Virus record (IMG/VR): IMGVR_UViG_3300036940_000232
DNA length: 64,000 nucleotides
Source: a virus
Strand: one strand, 5' to 3'
Positions 38,763 to 46,383 of the stretch are shown here, piece after piece. The notes beneath the pieces are model-generated. The model had not been told where the DNA came from and ran no database searches. It saw only the letters and a program-made list of their open reading frames with translations. The position numbers were made by a program, and so were the translations under genes. Positions within the stretch are counted from its first letter, which is position 1. Every line of letters begins with the position of its first letter.

Positions 38763-38961
38763 AGGGCGATTGCCCTGACCAATACATCTATGGTCGTTAA
38801 AAATGTAGATGTATATACTGACTTGGTAAATGGTCGGACTAAACTCGCGACGAATGGCATCGTGCCGAACACATCCTATAAATGGCTTTAGGTGGTGAGC
38901 GATACCAAGTTTCTGTGAGAATCAGACGTGGCAGGGAGCACTTGTACGATACGTTGCTCCC
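38763..38961 (+). ncRNA. Candidate multi-stem structured RNA
   Basis: Four clear stems (5, 9, 8 and 7 bp); unassigned. Confidence 0.5.
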
Positions 38962-38991
38962 ACTAATATTCATTCAATGGAGGCAAATTAA

Positions 38992-39627
38992 ATGGAAACT
39001 GGAAAGATAACCTTAACTCGTGCATTGACAGAGAAGAAACTCTTAGACGATAGAATCACGAAGGCAATCAACGCAAGTGTGTTCTATGGTTTTGTAGTTG
39101 GTGACAAACGTGCACCAAAATCCCCTCGTTTCAAGACAGAGGATGATGTTAAAACAGCAATCATTGCGAGCGATTCCAAGGTTAATGATCTGATATCCCG
39201 GAGAAATGCACTTGCCAGTGCAATTATCGCATCTAACGCCAGCACTAAAGTGAAAATTGGCGGAGTTGAGATGACAGTTGCGGAAGCGATTGAGATGAAG
39301 GGTTCTATCAAATATCTTGAAGCTCAGCGCGATGCAGTTGCAAATGCTCTTGCGATGATGAATCGTGAGGCAGAACACAATGAAAGCGACCTGCAATTAC
39401 AAGTCGACATTCTTGCCGAGGCAGCATTCGGCTCAGATAAGGAGAAAGACCCAACGGTTATCCAGAACATTTCAGACAGCCTTGTAAAAGAACGCAAGTT
39501 CCATGCTGTCGACCCTTTGCATCTTGCTGAAAAGCTTGAGAAGTTGGATGAGCAGATTGATAACTTTAATTCCGAAGTCGATTTCGTGCTCTCCGAATCC
39601 AATGCAATCACTATGCTCACTCTTTGA
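38992..39627 (+). CDS. Coiled-coil protein, DIP1984-like
   Basis: TLTRAL.E.K.LDDRI.K, MTVAEAI and F.SEVDFVLSESNA motifs. Confidence 0.55.
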   Translation: METGKITLTRALTEKKLLDDRITKAINASVFYGFVVGDKRAPKSPRFKTEDDVKTAIIASDSKVNDLISRRNALASAIIASNASTKVKIGGVEMTVAEAIEMKGSIKYLEAQRDAVANALAMMNREAEHNESDLQLQVDILAEAAFGSDKEKDPTVIQNISDSLVKERKFHAVDPLHLAEKLEKLDEQIDNFNSEVDFVLSESNAITMLTL

Positions 39628-39641
39628 GTGATGCATTGATA

Positions 39642-39912
39642 GGTATGCAGCCGAACATTTCAAATATTGGACATCTACGCCGGATGAAGTAGGCGATGAC
39701 ACAAAGAAACAAATGGTTGTTTGAAACCAATCGATCCGTGAGGATAAAGAACCTAAAAGTTCAAAGTTCAAAGGATAAAGTTTAAGTTTCAAATTTCAGA
39801 GCAACCAAAGTTTAAGTGTTAAGATTTAGGATTCAAGATTCATTAAATCCTAGAGCAATGTTTATAATAGTTTCCAATGACTAGGAAATGTACACTAGGC
39901 TGGCTGTATGCC
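39642..39912 (+). ncRNA. Structured RNA with 11-bp closing stem and repetitive A/U-rich interior
   Basis: GGTATGCAGCC pairs with GGCTGTATGCC; interior AAAGTTCAAAG-type repeats. Confidence 0.6.
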
Positions 39913-39924
39913 AACCTTCATTAT

Positions 39925-40116
39925 GGATAGGTAGCAAAGCTTGGCCCATGCAATATGATCGCGAGGCGGTTGGTATCTATGGCGCACATGATACCCATGC
40001 GAGTATATGGATTTTGAAAGCTAACGACTGCATGCGTTAGTGAGTACCATATGCTAGTGTGTTATTCAAGATGCATGCAGCATTTTGCGGCAGTTCAAAT
40101 CTGCCCCTATCCACCA
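39925..40116 (+). ncRNA. Oversized tRNA-like RNA (192 nt, encoded CCA)
   Basis: GGATAGG/CCTATCC acceptor plus A-CCA; D and T arms; large structured insert; anticodon unclear. Confidence 0.7.
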
Positions 40117-40125
40117 ATCAACGAC

Positions 40126-40187
40126 TCCGAGACCATGACGAGGGCACAGTAATAGCGCTGTGAGTCGGTTAAATTCCGGCCTCGGAA
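40126..40187 (+). ncRNA. Minimal degenerate tRNA-like element
   Basis: TCCGAG/CTCGGA, CACAG/CTGTG and GTCGG-TTAAATT-CCGGC stems. Confidence 0.4.
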
Positions 40188-40192
40188 ACCGT

Positions 40193-40265
40193 GCTCGTAT
40201 AGCTCAAGTAGTAGAGCGAGGCACTTGTAATGCCTAGGTTCCGGATGCAATTTCCGGTACGAGCT
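40193..40265 (+). tRNA. tRNA-Thr(TGT)
   Basis: Cloverleaf; T-loop TGCAATT. Confidence 0.9.
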
Positions 40266-40404
40266 TAAATAACAAGAGGTGAATCTGAATGAAGATGATG
40301 ACCGAGCTTGAGATTTATTAACGAAGATTAATAAGATTTATATAAAATAATAAGATCAATAGGTTTGCCGGCGCCCTTAATTCGCCGGAATCTAAATACA
40401 TTGT

Positions 40405-40574
40405 GCTCACGTAGCATTATAAGGCAAATGCAAGTGCATAATTGGATAATTGTTCGACATGATAAAGTTGCGGCCGCAACAAAAGTGCAGCGAGATTATT
40501 CATGGCACTGTCACCGTAGGATTTGCTAGCAAGATTCTACGATGCGAAGGTTCGATTCCTTTCCGTGAGCACCA
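40405..40574 (+). ncRNA. Oversized tRNA-like RNA (170 nt, encoded CCA)
   Basis: GCTCACG/CGTGAGC plus A-CCA; AGTGC/GCACT stem with an expanded loop; long variable arm. Confidence 0.7.
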
Positions 40575-40582
40575 AATCATTT

Positions 40583-40655
40583 GGGGATATCTCATAGCGG
40601 CTATTGTCTTCGGCTCCAGACCGGATGCTCGTCGGTTCGAGTCCGACTATTCCCA
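40583..40655 (+). tRNA. tRNA-Trp(CCA), intronless
   Basis: CT-CCA-GA loop; cloverleaf. Confidence 0.85.
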
Positions 40656-40702
40656 CATCAATATGTACTCGTATCAGAATTGGTATATGAGCTCGGCTGT
40701 TA

Positions 40703-41102
40703 AATTAGGTGAAATAATGTTTAGTGATTTAAAAAATTCGAAAAGGCAAGGTAATGTAGGAATTGGACATGCAATTGCTTACTTTACTACACAAGGTTAT
40801 ACAGTTAGTATTCCATTAACAGATAGTCAGGAATATGATTTAATTGTTGATATTAATGGAGAACTAAAGACTATCCAAGTCAAAACCACACAATCAATAG
40901 ATAAAAGTGGAGCATACCGAGTTGAATTAAGAACAATCACAAAATATTTAACTACAACAACAGAGAAGAAACCACTCTCTAAAGTAGATTTCCTATTTGT
41001 TTTAACAGAAACAAGTAATACGTATTTAATTCCTGGTAATTTAGTAGAGGGCAAATCTGGTATTTGCTTAGGCGCTAAATATAATACGTACCTAGTATAG
41101 TA
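40703..41102 (+). mobile_element. Endonuclease-encoding archaeal-type tRNA intron
   Basis: BHB boundaries enclose a complete ORF with its own AGGTGA RBS. Confidence 0.85.
40717..41100 (+). CDS. Intron-encoded PD-(D/E)XK endonuclease (PDDEXK_5/I-Ssp6803I-like), 127 aa
   Basis: K.QG..G...AIAYF, YDLIVD and IQVKT; true start is ATG 40717, not 40450. Confidence 0.9.
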   Translation: MFSDLKNSKRQGNVGIGHAIAYFTTQGYTVSIPLTDSQEYDLIVDINGELKTIQVKTTQSIDKSGAYRVELRTITKYLTTTTEKKPLSKVDFLFVLTETSNTYLIPGNLVEGKSGICLGAKYNTYLV

Positions 41103-41234
41103 CCCGAGTATTTGGAGGTTCGAGCCCTCCCGAGTACGTATGCATCCACGGATGCAGAATTTTGGCCAAGACCGCTGCTTATGGCGGTATATAAACTTAC
41201 TGCAGTATAGATGCGGTTACATAAGCTCAATTGA

Positions 41235-41307
41235 TGGCGTATAGTTCAGGCAGTAGAACGGTTCGTTTACACCGAACAGGTCGCAGGTGCAATTCCTGCT
41301 GCGCCAA
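41235..41307 (+). tRNA. tRNA-Val(TAC)
   Basis: Cloverleaf; T-loop TGCAATT. Confidence 0.9.
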
Positions 41308-41330
41308 TCGCATCTGACGATGCACACATT

Positions 41331-41402
41331 GTGGCCGTAGTGTAATGGTTATCATGCCGGCTTGTCACGCCGGTAATCCGGATTCGATTTCCGGCACCCA
41401 CG
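41331..41402 (+). tRNA. tRNA-Asp(GTC), two acceptor mismatches
   Basis: CCGGC-TT-GTC-AC-GCCGG. Confidence 0.8.
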
Positions 41403-41496
41403 TAGGACATAGGAGTAGGTATGTCCTGAATAATACGGACATGATTAAGTGGTAGCTGTCCTACCCAGCTATCCTCAGTCTAAAGGAGTGAATCAA

Positions 41497-41730
41497 ATGA
41501 CAATGTTTATAAGCGAAGACAATCTAAACGTTCCGACACCTAATGGTATGATTTCTGCGACAGTAGTTCTCACAGGCGGAACGCTTGCAGAGCATGGAAT
41601 ACACGGAGACTTAGCCGCATACGTTGGAGTAGGAAATATTCCTTGGATCATGAAGAACGGTCGTAAGCTTTCATTCGCGGAAGCAAAAGCACATTTCCCA
41701 ACACTCGAAGAAGCTGATTATAGGAAGTGA
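41497..41730 (+). CDS. Hypothetical protein
   Basis: GGAGTGA RBS before MTMFISE. Confidence 0.6.
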   Translation: MTMFISEDNLNVPTPNGMISATVVLTGGTLAEHGIHGDLAAYVGVGNIPWIMKNGRKLSFAEAKAHFPTLEEADYRK

Positions 41731-41731
41731 A

Positions 41732-41935
41732 GTGATGAATAGACTACATTCAGAAAATCCAATAGTGGGGCATGATTGTATGTTTCCAGTATATCCAGAC
41801 CATCCTGTAAGAACTACATCTATAGACAACGAAGTCATGGAAGTAGCGTCAAGGATAAATGAAATAGCTAATCGAAACGGATTACTTCCCAGTGAAGTAT
41901 TAGGTTTGGTAAGCAATAAAATCAATGGGCAGTAA
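41732..41935 (+). CDS. Hypothetical protein
   Basis: Coupled. Confidence 0.5.
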   Translation: MMNRLHSENPIVGHDCMFPVYPDHPVRTTSIDNEVMEVASRINEIANRNGLLPSEVLGLVSNKINGQ

Positions 41936-42001
41936 CTCAGTCATGGTTAGAGAGCCGTTCTTATAAAGCGGAAATCATGCGTTCAAATCGCATCTGCCCG
42001 A
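41926..42001 (+). tRNA. tRNA-Ile(TAT)
   Basis: CCGTT-CT-TAT-AA-AGCGG; cloverleaf. Confidence 0.85.
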
Positions 42002-42009
42002 TACTTATT

Positions 42010-42083
42010 GCTGACTTAGGACAGTTAGGGAGTCCGCCAGCCTGAAGAGTTGGTTGCCGCAAGTTCGAGCCTTGCAGTCAGCA
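42010..42083 (+). tRNA. tRNA-Phe(GAA)
   Basis: Cloverleaf. Confidence 0.9.
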
Positions 42084-42086
42084 TCT

Positions 42087-42159
42087 GCCCGTTTCGTATA
42101 ACGGTTTATTATTCGGCGTTGCCAACGCTGAGATCGGTGTTCGATTCACCGGGCGGGCA
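42087..42159 (+). tRNA. tRNA-Gly(GCC)
   Basis: Cloverleaf. Confidence 0.85.
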
Positions 42160-42244
42160 TACCGTAGTGAACAAGCGGTACTATCTTGGGCCAGCGTGTT
42201 AAAGAAGTGAAAGGCCAAGTAGCTTCCCCAAGATTTGTTCAATT

Positions 42245-42316
42245 TGCCGGCTTAGTGTAGTGGCTATCATATGGGTTTTCATCCCGGTAACCTGGGTTCA
42301 AATCCCAGCGGCACCA
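42245..42316 (+). tRNA. tRNA-Glu(TTC), irregular acceptor stem, encoded CCA
   Basis: TT-TTC-AT loop; T arm intact; acceptor has a bulge. Confidence 0.7.
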
Positions 42317-42333
42317 TACAAATAGGAGGAACT

Positions 42334-42492
42334 ATGATACGCTTAATAACATTAGCGCTTGCATTAATATTTCTTAAGTTCATGTGGGCAGTAATGTCAC
42401 CGCAAGGTGTCTCATTCTACGACTTTTGTTTCTTCCCGACATTACAAGTTGGGTTCTTCGTAGGATTAATCTGGTTTCCACCAATCAAATAA
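42334..42492 (+). CDS. Small membrane protein
   Basis: GGAGGA RBS; hydrophobic. Confidence 0.5.
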   Translation: MIRLITLALALIFLKFMWAVMSPQGVSFYDFCFFPTLQVGFFVGLIWFPPIK

Positions 42493-42564
42493 CTGGCAGT
42501 GGCACAGAGGCTCTGCGCTAGGCTGTAGACTTAGTTCACGTCGGTTCGATTCCGGCCTGTCAGA
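42493..42564 (+). tRNA. tRNA-Tyr(GTA), archaeal type, intronless
   Basis: C1:G72, short variable loop, A73. Confidence 0.9.
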
Positions 42565-42645
42565 TTCGTGCGGAGAATTTATAGTTCAGTAACCTCCTTT
42601 AATGTTGTTTATTCTCCGCACTACAACTAATAATGGAGTGATAAA

Positions 42646-42849
42646 ATGGGCATGCTTACAACAATAGTAGTGATAATACTTGCATTTATATTTAGTACAA
42701 TATCAGTTTTCATATCAGATGTTTGGTTTGATTATATGTATGACCATGATATATATGGTCGTGTATATACAGCAGCAATGACATTAGTAACGCTCGCACT
42801 TATATCCGCAGGTATAATTCTAAAAATAGTAATCCTTTTGGACGTATAG
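42646..42849 (+). CDS. Small two-helix membrane protein
   Basis: GGAGTGA RBS. Confidence 0.55.
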   Translation: MGMLTTIVVIILAFIFSTISVFISDVWFDYMYDHDIYGRVYTAAMTLVTLALISAGIILKIVILLDV

Positions 42850-42914
42850 CTCAGTCAGGTTAGAGTCCTCGCCTTTTAAGCGAGTTTGCGCCGGTTCAAA
42901 TCCGGCTACGTTCG
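42840..42914 (+). tRNA. tRNA-Lys(TTT)
   Basis: Cloverleaf. Confidence 0.9.
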
Positions 42915-42941
42915 TATGTTGCATAAAAAAGATTTAGGTAC

Positions 42942-43340
42942 ATGGGAGAACTTCATGTAGCTAAACTATTAATAGAAAACGGATACTCCGTATTTCAATC
43001 ATTTGGAGATAATTCTAAAATAGATTTAATTGTAGTTGATGATGACTATAATACACATAGATTACAGGTCAAGGTATTTTCACGAGACAGTAGAGACACA
43101 AATGTAACATCTGTTAAGTTCGGAAAATCTGGACCAGGATACACATTTACATACACATCAAATATGTTCGATTGGTTCGTAATAGTCGATGTAGTTACAA
43201 CTGACGTTGCATGGATTCCAGTATCAATATTTGAATCATCAAATGCAATTAAGCCTAGTATAACATTAAGACATGTTATGCCTAAAAATAGACAAGACAA
43301 TGTACACATGTTTTCTGACTATACAAATATTCCATTTTAA
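42942..43340 (+). CDS. Free-standing PD-(D/E)XK endonuclease
   Basis: GEL.VAK.L, IDLIVVD and LQVK motifs. Confidence 0.8.
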   Translation: MGELHVAKLLIENGYSVFQSFGDNSKIDLIVVDDDYNTHRLQVKVFSRDSRDTNVTSVKFGKSGPGYTFTYTSNMFDWFVIVDVVTTDVAWIPVSIFESSNAIKPSITLRHVMPKNRQDNVHMFSDYTNIPF

Positions 43341-43352
43341 TTTATTCATTTT

Positions 43353-43438
43353 GTGGACGTTAGTGTAATCCGGAAGCACGCTCAAGCGCAGGATACCATG
43401 TATACCGGAGTAGTTCCGTTCAAATCGGAGCGTCCACA
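43353..43438 (+). ncRNA. tRNA-like RNA with aberrant anticodon arm
   Basis: Acceptor, D and T arms intact; anticodon arm expanded. Confidence 0.6.
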
Positions 43439-43445
43439 TCAATAA

Positions 43446-43520
43446 TACGCCGTAGTGTAGTAGGTCTATCATCCTAGCCTCATAAGCTAGGGATCGTCAG
43501 TTCGAATCTGACCGGCGTAA
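43446..43520 (+). tRNA. tRNA-Met(CAT) (elongator or Ile2; no initiator GGG/CCC stem)
   Basis: CTAGC-CT-CAT-AA-GCTAG. Confidence 0.85.
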
Positions 43521-43522
43521 TT

Positions 43523-43600
43523 TGGGGAGTTCGTAATAGAGGCCTAATACGATGAAGTAGCTGCAGCTCTGCTCATAGACTTCAGTTCGAATCTGCCCCA
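43523..43600 (+). ncRNA. Degenerate tRNA-like element
   Basis: D-like stem and TTCGAAT loop; other arms incomplete. Confidence 0.35.
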
Positions 43601-43612
43601 GCTCACTCAATT

Positions 43613-43718
43613 TGCCAGATGCCCGGGAGGCTGAATGCAGTGCACAGTAATATAATAAACCCTTAAAGTATGTCGCCTCGCACTGGTTCACGGGAAGTTC
43701 GACTCTTCCCTTTGGCAT
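43613..43718 (+). ncRNA. tRNA-like RNA with expanded anticodon loop
   Basis: TGCCAGA/TTTGGCA acceptor, CAGTGC/GCACTG stem, GGGAAG-TTCGACT-CTTCCC. Confidence 0.6.
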
Positions 43719-43977
43719 AGGTTTATGCCTAATCTTACGAATAAGGGTCAACAGTAGTGCGATAGAATCAGTGACCCCGCGAGACCCGAGTGGCTTATGC
43801 CACGGTGAAGCTGATAACTATCGTGATAAAGGAGGACAAATATGTTAGTATTCAGAATAGCAAATGCAGTTATGGCTTATGCGCAACGTAAGAAAGAACC
43901 AAATGCAATTCAAAAGATTGAAGCTGAACTGAAAGGTATGGGCTTCAGAACGAAAAAGCCGTAAGGCATTTCATTTT

Positions 43978-44063
43978 GCCTGCGTCGCATAGTTGGTATT
44001 GCGCTAGTCTTGAAAACTAGTGACTCTTTACGGGTCATGCCCGTTCGAATCGGGTCGCAGGCG
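43978..44063 (+). tRNA. tRNA-Ser(TGA)
   Basis: Cloverleaf with long variable arm; G73. Confidence 0.9.
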
Positions 44064-44079
44064 TAATTAAGGTGATAAA

Positions 44080-44550
44080 ATGGGAGAACTATGTAATGGT
44101 AGAATATCATATGTTATAAGCAATGAATGTTGGATTTGCACATCACATGCTCCACTAAAGAATAGAATTAGATTAGATGAGTATGGGTACTATACTATAT
44201 CTATTAATAATAAAACAGAATATATGCATAGATATGTATATAGGTTTTATAACGGAGATATTCCAAATGGATATGTAGTCAGACATACATGTGATAATCC
44301 ATTATGTATTAATCCTAATCATTTAATAATCGGAACACCAGCCGATAATGTAAACGATATGGTAATGCGAAATAGAAGTTGTATTGGTAGTTCTAACGGT
44401 AGATCCAAATTATCAGAAGAGCAAGTTATTAATATATTTTATAATACTAATTCTATTAAATCTATTGCAGATACATATAATGTAGACCCAAAGACAATTC
44501 GCAAAATTAAAAATAAAGAAATGTGGATTAACATAACGCGAGATTTATAA
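44080..44550 (+). CDS. HNH homing endonuclease (I-HmuI-like with C-terminal HTH)
   Basis: HR.VY...V.HTCDNPLCINPNHL..GT..DN.ND motif. Confidence 0.9.
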   Translation: MGELCNGRISYVISNECWICTSHAPLKNRIRLDEYGYYTISINNKTEYMHRYVYRFYNGDIPNGYVVRHTCDNPLCINPNHLIIGTPADNVNDMVMRNRSCIGSSNGRSKLSEEQVINIFYNTNSIKSIADTYNVDPKTIRKIKNKEMWINITRDL

Positions 44551-44556
44551 CTAAGT

Positions 44557-44645
44557 GCCCGTGTCGCTTAGCGGTCATATAGCGCCAGGTTGCTAACCTG
44601 GTCGGTGTTAATTCGCCATCGCCGGTTCAAATCCGGCCACGGGCG
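44557..44645 (+). tRNA. tRNA-Ser(GCT)
   Basis: Cloverleaf with long variable arm; G73. Confidence 0.9.
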
Positions 44646-44652
44646 CTAACTT

Positions 44653-44931
44653 TTGGAGGTAATAATGGGATTAAAGGAAGTTATTTCATATCCACTAGAT
44701 ATGAATGGACGTAGTACAAGATACTTTGCAGCGTTCACAATCAACGATATTTGTAGCGCAAAAACTGTAATTCACCCTTTAAATAAAGCCACAAATGATG
44801 ATGAAGCTTTACTCGAAGCTTTCCAGTGGCGCGAGACAATGGATGAAGATAGTTCAGATATTGACTTTGAAGTAATCAGAGTATTTGTGGAGGGAGCAAA
44901 TGGAGCCGACAACAAGAATAGGATTTTGTGA
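44653..44931 (+). CDS. Hypothetical protein
   Basis: GGAGG RBS; probable start MGLKE. Confidence 0.55.
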   Translation: MEVIMGLKEVISYPLDMNGRSTRYFAAFTINDICSAKTVIHPLNKATNDDEALLEAFQWRETMDEDSSDIDFEVIRVFVEGANGADNKNRIL

Positions 44932-45106
44932 TCAAGTATATGTTTGCACAAAATGCGGACATGAAGTTCACGCAAATCTTTATGGCAAATCCCCGACCTG
45001 TGAGGGATGCCTAATGATAATGGTTCCAAAGGATATTGAGCCGCTTCTGCGTAAAACGCAAGAACACATTGAGCGAATAACAGGTCAGCGAGTTGGTATG
45101 GCATGA
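44885..45106 (+). CDS. Small Zn-ribbon protein
   Basis: CxxC...CxxC. Confidence 0.45.
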   Translation: MWREQMEPTTRIGFCDQVYVCTKCGHEVHANLYGKSPTCEGCLMIMVPKDIEPLLRKTQEHIERITGQRVGMA

Positions 45107-45333
45107 AACATGCACAACTTGTAATACTCGATTGTATTCCTAATAACGCGAAATTCATGGCTATATTCCACGAATGGTTTGTAAGCTCCAATGGATTCAC
45201 AGTTGTTACTTTGGATGCAGAGACAGAAGATCAGGCGCTCCTTGAGTGTTATAAAATAAAAGAGGAGAAATCGCGCGGCAATAACCGTGTCGATTTCAAA
45301 CTCATACAATTATTTGTGGAGGCACGGTCTTAA
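45103..45333 (+). CDS. Hypothetical protein
   Basis: Coupled. Confidence 0.5.
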   Translation: MKHAQLVILDCIPNNAKFMAIFHEWFVSSNGFTVVTLDAETEDQALLECYKIKEEKSRGNNRVDFKLIQLFVEARS

Positions 45334-45348
45334 AGACCGATTCATTTT

Positions 45349-45430
45349 ACCGACTGGGCGGGGCGGTTACGCAGCAGACTTAAAATCTGTGCTCGTAGGA
45401 GCAAGGCAGGTTCGATTCCTGCAGTCGGTA
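45349..45430 (+). tRNA. tRNA-Leu(TAA)
   Basis: Cloverleaf with variable arm GCTC-GTAG-GAGC. Confidence 0.9.
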
Positions 45431-45455
45431 TACTTATAATCATGGAGGAATATAA

Positions 45456-45831
45456 ATGTTAGCAAAGGTAATAGCAATAGCAGCATTAGCACACAGCGGA
45501 AGGAAAGATAAATCTGGACACCCAGAAATTCTTCACCCAATGAGAGTTGGAATGAAGTTTTATGAGATGGGTGAAAAAGATGCCGTTGTGTATGCAGGAT
45601 TCCTACATGATGTCGTAGAAGACACCAATGTTTTACGTTGCAATACTGACGCATGATCCAGGAGTTCCATATGAGGAATATATTTCTGTAGTTGCAGGGA
45701 ATGACGCGACTCGCAGAATAAAAAGTGTGGACATTGAAGACAATGAAACGCGTGACCACACTGGAATTGCCGATGAGGATATGGTGCGGATTCTCTGCAA
45801 ATATAAAACAGCGAAAGAAATCTTGAGGTGA
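45456..45831 (+). pseudogene. SpoT/MESH1-like HD hydrolase split by deletion and frameshift
   Basis: AH.G..DK.G.P...HP..V and LHDVVEDT in one frame; LT....YEEYI...K..D..DN in the next. Confidence 0.7.
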
Positions 45832-46364
45832 GAATTATTTGGCCGTTTAATAAAAAAGAAGACACGTCTCTTCTTAAGAAAAACAAAGAAATATTAGGCG
45901 ACTTTTATGCTTTAGTTGAGAATGACGTAACGCAATTGAAGGAACAGTTACTCGAGTTATTCGATGCGAGTGTCGTTGTCGAAGTATCTATTGATCATAG
46001 ATATGTTAGTTCATATGAAATGACAAGAGAACGTCTATCTGAAATAATAGGTTATTGTGATATTTATATCAAGTGGACAGATGGCCCGTCTAAAATTACA
46101 ATCGAACCGCAGATCCAAGATGTAATCGATTCATATCAGAGTAGAATCTGTACACAATCACCTTTCAAAGATATCAGTATTGATTTGTGTATGTACAGGG
46201 ATTATTCAAGACAGACAATACTCGAAGCCGCGAAACGATTCAACATGTCTATTCCAAAGCCATTTATAATTGAACTCAACCCGTGTAACATTAGTTACTT
46301 GAGATATGAAGAGTATCCGTTGAGAGATTGGGCAGAATGGGATTTAGAATGTAAAGATTTGTGA
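45828..46364 (+). CDS. LPD29-like domain protein
   Basis: I.IKWTDGPS...R.YS motif. Confidence 0.55.
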   Translation: MRIIWPFNKKEDTSLLKKNKEILGDFYALVENDVTQLKEQLLELFDASVVVEVSIDHRYVSSYEMTRERLSEIIGYCDIYIKWTDGPSKITIEPQIQDVIDSYQSRICTQSPFKDISIDLCMYRDYSRQTILEAAKRFNMSIPKPFIIELNPCNISYLRYEEYPLRDWAEWDLECKDL

Positions 46365-46383
46365 GTAACACTCACATCATTTT

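Larger units (their letters stand above)
40665..41138 (+). tRNA. tRNA-Asn(GTT) with a 400-nt BHB intron at 37/38 (exons 40665-40702 and 41103-41138)
   Basis: Exons join into a full cloverleaf; a complete bulge-helix-bulge forms at the junctions. Confidence 0.9.

Noticed and set aside
40126-40187. tRNA-Pyl (amber suppressor)
   Set aside because: No CTA anticodon, acceptor differs, and no pyl genes or in-frame TAG readthrough pattern were seen.
40450-40716. N-terminal 89 aa of the tracked 216-aa ORF
   Set aside because: Overlaps a tRNA-like RNA, tRNA-Trp and the tRNA-Asn 5' exon; the RBS and family homology start at ATG 40717.
43759-43824. Hammerhead or pistol ribozyme
   Set aside because: CTGATAA is not CUGANGA, no GAAA core is placed correctly, and the hairpin loop is too short for the pistol pseudoknot.
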